Shown here in pieces: positions 1 through 64,000 of a stretch of DNA of 64,000 bases. The position numbers and the translations under genes were made by a program. Below the pieces are notes generated by a model. That model searched no databases, had not been told where the DNA came from, and worked only from the letters and a program-made list of their open reading frames with translations. How positions within the stretch are numbered: position 1 is the stretch's first letter; every line of letters begins with the position of its first letter. Location: NCBI GenBank assembly GCA_038087875.1, contig CM075992.1:8992001-9056000 (forward strand), written 5' to 3'. Origin of the DNA: Malacoraja senta (lineage: Eukaryota).

Positions 1-270
1 CAATCGCTTCTAATAAAAATAAATTTAAAAAATAAAAAAAATAAAAATGAAACTAAACTCGTGTGAACGAACGGGCGATCGCTGGTCATTGTGGACTCGG
101 TGGGCCGAAGGGCCTGTTTCCGTGCTGTATCTCTAACCTAAACTCATGTAAATGGGTGATCGCTGGTCGGTGTGGACTCGATGGGCTGAAGGGCCTGGGA
201 CCTATGCTGGATCTTTCAATCCTCAGACCCCATCACTGTTTGGAAACACTAACTGTGTCTCTCTCCACAG

Positions 271-54710
<54,440 letters not shown>

Positions 54711-54929
54711 GTGAGTTGCTGGAGTTGGTACACTCTTATTTCCTATGACATATGATGAAAGAAAGGGTCGACTGGGCTTGTATTCACTCGAAGTTAGAAT
54801 GATGAGAGGGGATCTTATAGAAGCATCTAAAATTCTTAAGGGATTGGACAGGCTGGATGAAGGAAAAATGTTCCCCATGTTGGGGGAGTCCAGAACCAGG
54901 GGTCACAGTTTAAGAATAAGGGGTCGGCC

Positions 54930-57764
54930 CTCAACCAAGCATCCCCATCTGGGTTTAATTATATTTCCAAACCCCGCCCCTCCCGCCATGGAGGCGGCCT
55001 CGCTGTTATTTTCAACCAGAACTTTCCGATCGTTGAACTCACCCTCCCACCAGTAGCATCATTTGAATTCCTTGCCTTCAAAGCCCTTTCCTCCATGACA
55101 GTCATCCTCATTTACCGGCCACCTAAACCAAACCCCTCCTTCCTATCTGATTTCACTGAATTCCTCACACTTGTCTCATCTCTCTCCCCACGTCTGCTGC
55201 TACTTGGTGACTTAAATATTCATATGGACTCCCCCACCTGCAAGTTCGCATCTGAATTCGCTTTTCAACTTGACAACTTCTCTCTCACTCAGCACGTCAC
55301 CTTTCCCACTCATGACAAAGGTCACATCCTTGACCTGGTCTGCTCCACAAATCAACCGGTACTCGACCTCCATCCATGACTCTTCCCCCTCTCGGATCAT
55401 AAGCTCATACGGTTCACCATCCCTTCTCCGACACCTCGCCCCCGCTTCCTCCGAGAAATCACCTTCCGTAATCTAAAATCTATCGATCCTCACCATCTCT
55501 CTGACCTGCTCTCCACCACTCTCCCCCTGGACTCAACCCACATCTCACCTGATGATCTCACAAACCATCTCAATTCCACCTTGTCTACCTCCCTTAACAC
55601 TCTGGCCCCCCTCAAAACAAGAACCGTAACTTTTAATAAATCTTCACCCTGGTACACACCTGCACTTCGTAAGCTGAAGCAGACTGGTCGCCGACTTGAA
55701 CGACTCATAAAGAAATCACCTCTCACAGTCCACCATGAAGCTTACAAACTCCACCTCACTGCCTACAAAGATGCCCTCATTGCTGCTAAATCTGCATACC
55801 TCTCCTCCATACTCACTGACCCCTGCCTAAACCACAGAACCCTCTTCTCCACAGTCTGCAACCTCCTCAAGCCTCGAGCCATCACTCTCCCTACCTCCAC
55901 TCCGGATCTCTGCAACTCATTCCTCCACTTTTTTGCTGATAAAATTAGCACCATCTATCAATCCCTATCCCCTGTACCCGACTCCCCAGCATCTACTCCA
56001 CCACCTACCAAGGCCCCTCCTTTCAACATCTCCGCTGATCTCCATACCCCTCCCCCTCACTGCTTCCTCTCCCAGTTTGACCCGGTCACCCCTACTGAAA
56101 TCTCCAAACTCATCAGCTCTTCCAAACCCACTACCTGCTCCCTTGACCCTCTCCCCACTCCCCTGCTGAAGTCCTGCCTCCCTGCTCTATGCCCCTACCT
56201 CACTAATCTTTTCAACTCCTCATTGTCCCAAGGAATTGTCCCCTCTGCTTTCAAAACTGCTGCTGTCACACCAATCTTAAAGAAACCTGGTCTTGATCCC
56301 TCCTCTCTCATTAACTACCGCCCTATCTCAAACCTCCCCTTTCTTTCAAAAACCCTGGAGCGCATCGTCGCATCACAACTTCATTCCCACCTCCTCGCGT
56401 ATAACCTATTCGAACCCCTCCAATCTGGCTTTCGCCCCCTCCATAGCACAGAAACTGCTCTCCTCAAAGTCCTCAATGACCTCCTTACCTCTGCTGACAC
56501 TGGCTCCCTCAATATCCTCATCCTCCTCGACCTGAGTGCAGCCTTCGATACCGTCAACCACAACATCCTGCTCACCAGACTTAGGGACCTTGGCATTGAA
56601 GGTTCTGCACTCAGCTGGTTCCGTTCTTACCTTTCCAACCGATCCCACTTCATCTCTCTCCATAACCACACCTCTGCCACAGCCACTGTCACTCAAGGCG
56701 TTCCCCAAGGCTCCGTTCTTGGTCCCCTCCTCTTTATCATCTACATCCTCCCCCTTGGTCATATACTCCGTCACTTCAACCTGGACTTCCATTGCTATGC
56801 TGATGACACCCTGATCTATCTCAGCACCAAGTCCCCCCACCACCCCCCTCTCTCCCATATCAACTCCTGCCTATCAGCCATCAAATCTTGGATGCAACTC
56901 AACTTCCTTAAATTAAACAGTAGCAAAACAGAATTTCTCCTCATTGGCTCCAAATCAACACTCACTAAAATTAACAACCCCACTCTCACCATTGACGGCA
57001 CCACTGTCTCCCCATCTCCTCAGGCCCGCAACCTTGGTGTGATCTTTGACTCAACCCTCTCCCTTGAGCCTCACATCCGCCATGTTGTCAAAACATCATT
57101 TTTTCACCTCCGCAACATTGCAAAAATCAGATCGTCTCTCACACCCCCCGCTGCTGAAAGACTCATCCATGCCTTCATCTCCTCCCGACTGGACTACTGT
57201 AACTCTCTTCTTTTCGGAATCAATTCCAGCAGCATCAACCGACTCCAACTGGTCCAGAATGCAGCCGCTCGACTCATTACCCACACCAAATCCTGGCACC
57301 ACATCACCCCAGTTCTCAAAGAACTTCACTGGCTTCCCATTTCCCACCGGATCACCTACAAAATCCTGGTCCTCACCTACAAAGCCCTCAACAACCTGGC
57401 CCCCCCTTATCTCATTGACCTCCTCTCCCCCTACCAACCCTCACGGTCCCTCAGATCCACATCAGCTGGTCTCCTCTCCACTCCGAAATCAAACCTCTGC
57501 ACTTTTGGAGGCAGAGCCTTCTCCAGGGCAGCTCCCAGGCTCTGGAATTCCCTCCCACAACCGGTCCGAAATTCTGAGTCCCTCACCATCTTCCAGTCCC
57601 GCCTCAAGACCCATCTCTTCACCTCTGCATACCCTTAGTCCCATGTTCCCCTCCCCTCTGTCTTACTGCTCTATTCTGTTTTGTTTATTCCTGACTCTCA
57701 ATGTAAAGCGACTTTGAGTCCTGAAAAGCGCTATATAAATAAAATCTATTATTATTATTATTAT
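54930..57764 (+). mobile_element. L2-clade LINE, 5'-truncated, APE endonuclease remnant plus RT, inserted into a CR1 fragment
   Basis: IYRPP, LLGDLN, HILDLV, SDHK; NYRPISNLPFLSK, LDLSAAFDTV, GVPQGSVLGP, YADD, SRLDYCN; one in-frame TGA at 55377-55379; (ATT)n tail; CR1 sequence resumes at tttaggactgagatgagg. Confidence 0.92.
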
Positions 57765-58733
57765 TTAGGACTGAGATGAGGAAAAACGTTTTCACCCAGA
57801 GAGTTGTGAATCTGAGGAATTTTCTGCCACAGAAGGCAGTGGAGGCCGATTCACTGGATGTTTTCAGGAGTTAGATTTAGCTGAAAACAGGGCTAACGGA
57901 ATCAAGGGATATGGGGAGAAAGCAAGAACGGGGTACTGATTCTGGATGATCAGCCATGATCGTATTGAATGGCTGTGCTGGCTCGAAGGGCCGAACGGCC
58001 CACTCCTGCATCTATTTTCTATTGTTTTCCACGTGGGTTAGCTGAGAATCGAATCGTGGAGTAACTCAGCGGGACAGGCAGTATCTCTGGAGAGAAGGGA
58101 TAGGTGACGTTTCGGGTCGAGAACCTTCTTCAGACTGGGAGACGTACAGCATGGAAACAGGCCCTTTGGCCCACCTCATCCACTGTTCACCAAAGAAGTT
58201 TATTACCAAAAGGCTGAGAGGTGCAGAGGGCCCTGGGTGTCCTGATAGTAAATAAGAATCCATATCCCTCCATTCCCTACATATATATCCATGTGCCCCT
58301 TACAACCTCTTAAACGCCACTATCGTATCTGCCTCCACCATCACCCCTGTCAAGTCAAGTCAAGTCAAGTCAAGTTTATTCGTCACATACACATACGAGA
58401 TGTGCAGTGAAATGAAAAGTAGCAATGCTCGTGAATTGTGCAAAAAAAACCACAAAAAAAACTGCAAACAGAATGGAACAGAATCACATATTCACATATT
58501 ACATATTTGTGGGAGGGAAGAAAAAGGAAAAAACAGCAATTTAAAAAAGACACCAGACAACAGTAAAATGGTACAGCGCGTTCCGGGCACCCACCACCCT
58601 CTGTGTAAAAAAACCTGCCCCGCACATCTCCTCTTGGCTTAAAGCTATGGTCTCTCGTAAGTGACATTTCCACTGGGCCTGTCTCTGCGCTAAACTAAAC
58701 TAAACACTGCCCCCCAGAGGAAAGCAAACGCAT

Positions 58734-58866
58734 TGATAAGCGATGACATAGCCAATGACATCACAAACATGGCTGGTAAAGCCTTAATCCTCCAGAATCC
58801 ACTCAACTCCCAACAAAATTAAAAATTCAACCGAACAGCAATGTACATCAAATCTAGGTATAAAAA
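58734..58866 (+). promoter_or_regulatory. Candidate proximal promoter of the anoctamin ORF: TGATAAG (58734), CCAAT (58752), CRE/AP1-like TGACATCA (58756), TATAAAAA (58859-58866)
   Basis: Motifs clustered in non-repetitive DNA; TATA about 120 bp before the ATG. Confidence 0.45.
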
Positions 58867-58977
58867 GATCTCAGTCACCCCTTTGTTCATGCAGTAGGTC
58901 TGATTAGCCTTCCGTAGAGTCTCAGTAGGAAGCAGCAAGGAGACCACTGGGGCTGGCAGCAGTAACTAAGGTGTCAG

Positions 58978-60855
58978 ATGGACGATGACTCCCAGAGTAG
59001 CTCTGTTTTCCCCTTGGCCCTGGTGGTCCTTGACCTTGCCCCCAAGGTCCAGCAGGAGACAGTGGACTGGCTGATGGGCCGGATCGAAGCCGCGAGGTCC
59101 TCGGACGGGGCGGAGCTGAAGGTGAAGGTGGTGGAGCGCTCGGAGGCCAAGGGGACGGTGCTGCTGGTGGGGGCCACGCTGGAGAGGCTGCTGCGGGGGG
59201 CCGAGGAGGCGGCCCTGGTCAAGGTCTACCAGGACGGCAACTTCCGGCCCTTCAGCTTCGCCGACCGCGCCAGCTTCCGCGAGACGGAGACGGAGCTCCT
59301 GACCACGGCCGAGATGCTGTACATTATCAAGTACCAGCTGGACAACCTCAAGGCTAAAGACGAGGAGCACATCCCCGGAGAGCCCACGTCCAAGCTTCAG
59401 CCTGGAAAACCCATCTTTGAGGTTCTGTGGAAGAGCAAACTGCTGACCAAACTCTACCCAATGCACAACCGGGAGGAATTGGAGAAGCTTAAAGCCCTGT
59501 GGAGGAATCGTAGCTACCTCATTGACCAGCCTGTGCAGGCCCTGAGAAGCTACTTTGGTGAGTCGGTGGCTCTGTACTTTAACTTCCTGGGTTACTTCAC
59601 CTGGGGCCTGGCTTTTCGCACCCTCCTGGAGCTCTTCTTCTACATCACCAAGCTGAAGGACCACGGCGGCTGCATCGTCTGCGCCCTCTACAACATGCTG
59701 TGGTCCACGGTCTTCCTCGAGGGCTGGAAGCGGCGCAGCTCGGAGCTGGCGTTCAAATGGGGGACCCTGCGGCAGATGGAGAGCTTCGACAAGGTGCGGG
59801 CCGGCTACATGGACACGCTGGGCGCCGACCTGATCCGGGACCCGGCCGCGCTGGACCGCCAACGGAGCATCAAGATGGCGTTCCGATCCGTCCCGTTCCT
59901 GGTGGGAAGCCTGCTCATCAGCGTGGGCCTGATCATGATGTTCGTCAAGGCGGACAAGATGGCCCGGGAAGTGGACACCAAGGAAGAGTCGGTGCGGAGC
60001 TTGTTGATGACCTACATGCCCATCCTGGTCTACAGCGTGACGGTGGAGGTCCTCAACAGGGTGTATCTCGCCATGGCCAAGGTGGTGACCGAGCTGGAGA
60101 ACCATCGTCTGGTGTCCACCCACGAGAACCACCTGATCGCCAAGGTCCTCATCTTCTACCTCATCAACAACTTTGGCATGCATTACTACGTGGCCTTCTA
60201 CCTGAAGGACCTGAAGCTGCTGGCGGATATCCTCTCCGCCCAGCTCCTTGTCCACCAGGTGGTGGGACAGTTCTTTGACACCCTGCTCCCGTACTCCATG
60301 ACCAGCTTCAGGCTCCGTCGCTTAAACAAGGCCCCGCCTGACGCCAATGCCGGCCTGCGCCTGATCGAGACCGAGGGCAACCTGAGGGACACCAAGGGTA
60401 GCCTGCTGGAGGACTACCTGGAGCTCTTCATCAAGTTTGGCTTCGTCTCCCTCTTCTCCAGCGTCTACCCGCTGGCCGGCTCCTTCAGCTTCCTCAACAA
60501 CCTCCTGGGCATCAAGTTGGAGAGCATGAAGTTCAGCCAGGTGTTGCAGCGGCAGTTCCCGGTCCCTTCGTCGAACATCAGCGCCTGGCGCGTGGCCTTC
60601 GAGTACCTCACCACCCTGGCCATCATCACCAACTGCGGCCTGATCAGCATGTCGCCGGATTTCAGGAACCTCTTCTCCGAACTCCCCGACCTCCACTATT
60701 TCCTCCTGGCCGTGGCCTTGGAGCACGGCTTCTTCGGCATGCAGCGGGTGTTGCGCATGGCCGTCCCGGAGATACCCGCCGACATGGAGGTCAAGCTGAA
60801 CAAGATAGAGCTAGAGTGCAGAAGAGCTATGTTCTATAATGAATCGTGTCGATGA
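58978..60855 (+). CDS. Intronless anoctamin-10/TMEM16K-like protein, 625 aa (divergent paralog, probable retrogene)
   Basis: Anoctamin motifs DQPxxxxRxYFGExxALYFxFLGYFT, WSTVFLEGWKRR, ENHR, DYLELFIxFG, YPLA, LNN, W..AFE, EHG; short TM1-TM2 loop and compact size as in ANO10; in-frame stop at 58963-58965 upstream; strongly GC3-biased codons. Confidence 0.93.
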   Translation: MDDDSQSSSVFPLALVVLDLAPKVQQETVDWLMGRIEAARSSDGAELKVKVVERSEAKGTVLLVGATLERLLRGAEEAALVKVYQDGNFRPFSFADRASFRETETELLTTAEMLYIIKYQLDNLKAKDEEHIPGEPTSKLQPGKPIFEVLWKSKLLTKLYPMHNREELEKLKALWRNRSYLIDQPVQALRSYFGESVALYFNFLGYFTWGLAFRTLLELFFYITKLKDHGGCIVCALYNMLWSTVFLEGWKRRSSELAFKWGTLRQMESFDKVRAGYMDTLGADLIRDPAALDRQRSIKMAFRSVPFLVGSLLISVGLIMMFVKADKMAREVDTKEESVRSLLMTYMPILVYSVTVEVLNRVYLAMAKVVTELENHRLVSTHENHLIAKVLIFYLINNFGMHYYVAFYLKDLKLLADILSAQLLVHQVVGQFFDTLLPYSMTSFRLRRLNKAPPDANAGLRLIETEGNLRDTKGSLLEDYLELFIKFGFVSLFSSVYPLAGSFSFLNNLLGIKLESMKFSQVLQRQFPVPSSNISAWRVAFEYLTTLAIITNCGLISMSPDFRNLFSELPDLHYFLLAVALEHGFFGMQRVLRMAVPEIPADMEVKLNKIELECRRAMFYNESCR

Positions 60856-60890
60856 GGGTCCTTCAGAAGTATCTAACAACTCTCAGAATC

Positions 60891-60896
60891 ATTAAA
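60891..60896 (+). terminator. Candidate poly(A) signal ATTAAA for the anoctamin ORF
   Basis: About 35 bp after the stop, followed by T/GT-rich sequence. Confidence 0.4.
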
Positions 60897-61369
60897 GCAG
60901 TTCTCTTTTCGTCCAGCGGTGGTGGCTTTTTCACCGGTCAACAGACAAGCACCTTTTTTTTTCACACAGGGAGTGGTGAATCTGTGGAATTCTCTGCCAC
61001 AGAAAGTAGTTGAGGCCAGTTCATTGGCTATATTTAAGAGGGAGTTAGATGTGGCCCTTGTGGCTAAAGGGATCAGGGGGTATGGAGAGAATGCAGGTAC
61101 AGGATACTGAGTTGGATGATCAGCCATGATCATATTGAATGGCGGTGCAGGCTCAAAGGGCCGAATGGCCTACTCCTGCACCTATTTTCTATGTTTCTAT
61201 GTTTCTACTGAATATCATCCTTCAAAGATGGGCAAAAAATTGCTGGAGTAACTCAGCGTGTCAGGCAGCATCTCTGGAGGGAAGGAATAGGTCTGAATAG
61301 AACTCGTCTGAAGAAGGGTCCCAACCCGAAACGTCACCTATTCCTTTTCTCCAGAGATGCTGCCTGACC

Positions 61370-61850
61370 CGGTGAGACCAAGCGCAGGCTTGGCGATCGC
61401 TTCGCCCAACACCTCCGCTCAGTTCGCAATAACCAACCTGATCTCCCGGTGGCTCAGCACTTCAACTCCCCCTCCCATTCCAAATCCGACCTTTCTGTCC
61501 TGGGCCTCCTCCATGGCCAGAGTGAGTCCCACCGCAAATTGGAGGAGCAGCACCTCATATTTCGCTTGGGCAGTTTACACCCCAGCGGTATGAACATTGA
61601 CTTCTCCAATTTCAGGTAGTCCTTGCTTTCTCCCTCCTTCCCCTCCCCTTCCCAGCTCTCCCACAGCCCACTGTCTCCGCCTCTTCCTTTCTACTTCCCG
61701 CCCCCCCCCCCCACCCTCACATCAGTCTGAAGAAGGGTCTCGACCCGAAACGTCACCTATTCCTTCGCTCCATAGATGCTGCCTCACCCACTGAGTTTCT
61801 CCAGCAATTTTGTCCACCTTCGATTTTTCCAGCATCTGCAGTTTCTTCTT
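61370..61850 (+). mobile_element. Penelope-like 3' fragment with hammerhead-like tail; similar fragments at about 2830-3240, 17270-17600, 27770-28080, 42070-42375, 47440-47660
   Basis: PVAQHFNSPSH...RKLEEQHLIFRLGSLHPSGMNIDF-type coding remnant followed by the CTGAAGA...GAAACGTC tail. Confidence 0.8.
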
Positions 61851-61985
61851 AAACGCTGAGTTACTCCAGCATTTTGTGTCTATCTTAGATTTTTCCAGCA
61901 TCTGCAGTTCCTTCCCTCACATCATCTTTCCAAGTTGGTCTTTACTACATTGCATGGTCCCATCTTACATCTTTTTCTGTCCCAG

Positions 61986-62023
61986 TGTTTCTCGCTCCTC
62001 CCTGCACGCTCCACTCTCGCTAG
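61986..62023 (+). CDS. Possible terminal exon of the multi-exon gene (phase 1 in): VFLAPPCTLHSR-stop
   Basis: strong acceptor catctttttctgtcccag|, phase fits exon 54530-54710, in-frame TAG at 62021-62023; could be chance. Confidence 0.25.
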
Positions 62024-64000
62024 ATTTTAATTTAGAGATACAGCATGGAAACAGGCCTTTGGGCCCACCGAGTCCGCACTGACCCGTTCACCAGTTCTAT
62101 CCTGCACACTAGGAACAATTTACAGAGGGCCAATTAACCTACAAACCGGTGTGTCTTTGGAGCGTGGGAGGAAACCGGAGAACCCGGAGAAAACCCACGC
62201 GGGTCACAAAAGGAGAACGTACAGACTCCGTACAGACAGCACCCGTAGTCAGGATTGAACCGGGCTCTCTGTCGCCGTGAAGCAGCAACTCTACCGCTGC
62301 GCCACCGTGCCGTCCTCAGCTAGTTATGGTTTTAAAGGAACACAACCCTTCTTTGCCTCCAACTCCATGGGTTGTAGGTTTGAGATCCACTCCAGGGATT
62401 TGAACACACTAATCCTACTGACACCTAGTGGCCTAGAGCTGCTGCCTGGCAGCGCCAGAGATCCGCGCTCGATGCTGACCTCTGGTGCTGTCTGTGTGGA
62501 GTTGGCACGTTTCAATGTGACCGTGTGGGTTTCCTCCAGGTCCTCCTCTCACTTCACAAAGACGTGCGGATTTGTGCGTTAATTGGCTTCTGATAATTGT
62601 CCTGAAAAATGTGTGGCCTAGATGGGGCATCTTGGTTAGCACGGGTAAGATGGGCCGAAGAGCCTGTTTCTGTATTTTGTGACTCTGTGACTCCAAGCTA
62701 GAAGGGTCTCAACCCGAAACGTCACCCATTCCTTCTCTCCGGAGATGCTGCCTGTCCCGCTGAGTTACTCCAGCGTTTTGTGTCTATCTTCGGTTTAAAT
62801 CAGCATCTGCAGTTCCTTCCTACACACTCCAATCTATCTCTGGGTTCACGAATGTCGCCAACCTTCCTACTAACTGCGGCATCCCTACTCACTGCTCCAC
62901 CATAACTGCTGTGTTGGCTGGATTCGCTGAACACTGGGAAACAAACTCAGATCACCATGCCTGCTTCCCCATTGATTAAAACCAAGGCCCACCTTTTCCA
63001 AAACCAAGGCTCCACACTCCTGGAACAGCCCCATACCCCTGGTCCCCACACATCGAAAATGGGTGGCACGGTGGTGCAGCGGTAGAGATGCTGTCTTGTA
63101 GCGCCAGAGACCCAGGTTCAAACCTGCCTACAGCTGCTGTCTGCATGGAGTTTGTACGTTCTCCCCCTGACCATGTGGGTGTTAGACAATAGACAATAGG
63201 TGCAGGAGTAGGCCATTCGGCCCTTCGAGCCAGCACCGCCATTCAATGTGATCATGGCTGATCATCCCCAATCAGTACCCCGTTCCTGCCTTCTCCCCAT
63301 GTCCCCTGACTCTGCTATTTTTAAGAGCCCTATCTAGCTCTCTCTTGAAAGCATCCAGAGAACCTGCCTCCACCGCCCTCCGAGGCAGAGAATTCCACAG
63401 AGAATTTTCTCCGGGGTGCTCCGGTTATCTCCCACACTTAAAGGGTTTAGCAACCGAGAGATCAGGTAGGTCCAGGTGTACGGGTACAGACTCAAGGGCC
63501 TGTTTCCACGCTGTACCTCTACACGAAACTAAAAGGAATAGTGAAGGGCAGCAGAGCCCAGAGTGGGTGTGAAGAGTACAGGGAGCGAAGGATTGGGTGG
63601 TGCACTCTTCCAGAGAATCACCACAGGCAGGATGGGCTGAAAAGCCTCTTCATTTCGTTTAGAGATACACCGTGCGAACAGGCCCTTCGGCCCACGATGT
63701 CCACGCCAACCAGCGATGGTCCATATCAGGAATGAACTGTTAGAGGAATCTATAGTAATATAGATACAATTATGGTGTTTTAAAAGACGTGATTATATAT
63801 ATATTTCCTCCTGATGCTCTGGTTTAGTTTAGAGATACAGAGTAGAAACATGCCTTTCGGCCCACCGGGTCCGCGCCGACCAGCGATCCCCGCACATTAA
63901 CACTATCCTACACACATTAGGGACAATTTTTACATTAACCAATCCAATTAACCAGAAAGCCTGCACGTCTTTGGAGTGTGGGAGGAAACCGGAGATCATG

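Noticed and set aside
63..270. N-terminal part of the 173-aa ORF as a gene start
   Set aside because: Made of SINE 3' fragments with a GTG start; real coding begins at the acceptor at 271.
58966..60255. 429-aa minus-strand ORF and other ORFs overlapping the anoctamin gene
   Set aside because: Antisense or alternate-frame shadows of GC3-rich codons; no recognisable motifs.

Overview
Eukaryotic, repeat-dense vertebrate DNA, very probably an elasmobranch (skate/ray/shark), judged from HE1/V-SINE-type tRNA-derived SINEs with (CTAAA)n tails and CR1, L2, Rex1 and Penelope relics. Two protein-coding units are visible, both on the + strand. (1) An unrecognised multi-exon gene reconstructed by eye from about 20 GT-AG exons between 271 and 54710; it starts upstream of the window and has roughly 985 codons in it. 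Its product has two copies of a module about 640 aa apart (the second incomplete), each opening with a Dpy-30/RIIa-like helical motif (LPPNPYP) followed by an alpha/beta domain that may be a degenerate nucleotidyltransferase-like fold. (2) A single-exon 625-aa anoctamin-10/TMEM16K-like ORF (58978-60855) with candidate CCAAT/TATA elements, an ATTAAA signal and an altered Ca2+-binding site; it is probably a retrogene and may be nested in an intron of gene 1. Introns hold a structurally complete but frameshifted DIRS1-type retrotransposon, a near-intact 5'-truncated L2, a Rex1/Babar LINE fragment, PIF/Harbinger-type and hAT-type MITEs, about 20 Penelope-derived tails with minimal hammerhead ribozyme motifs, micro/minisatellites, and a 200-N gap flanked by a duplicated exon. 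All family assignments are from visual motif recognition, not database searches.
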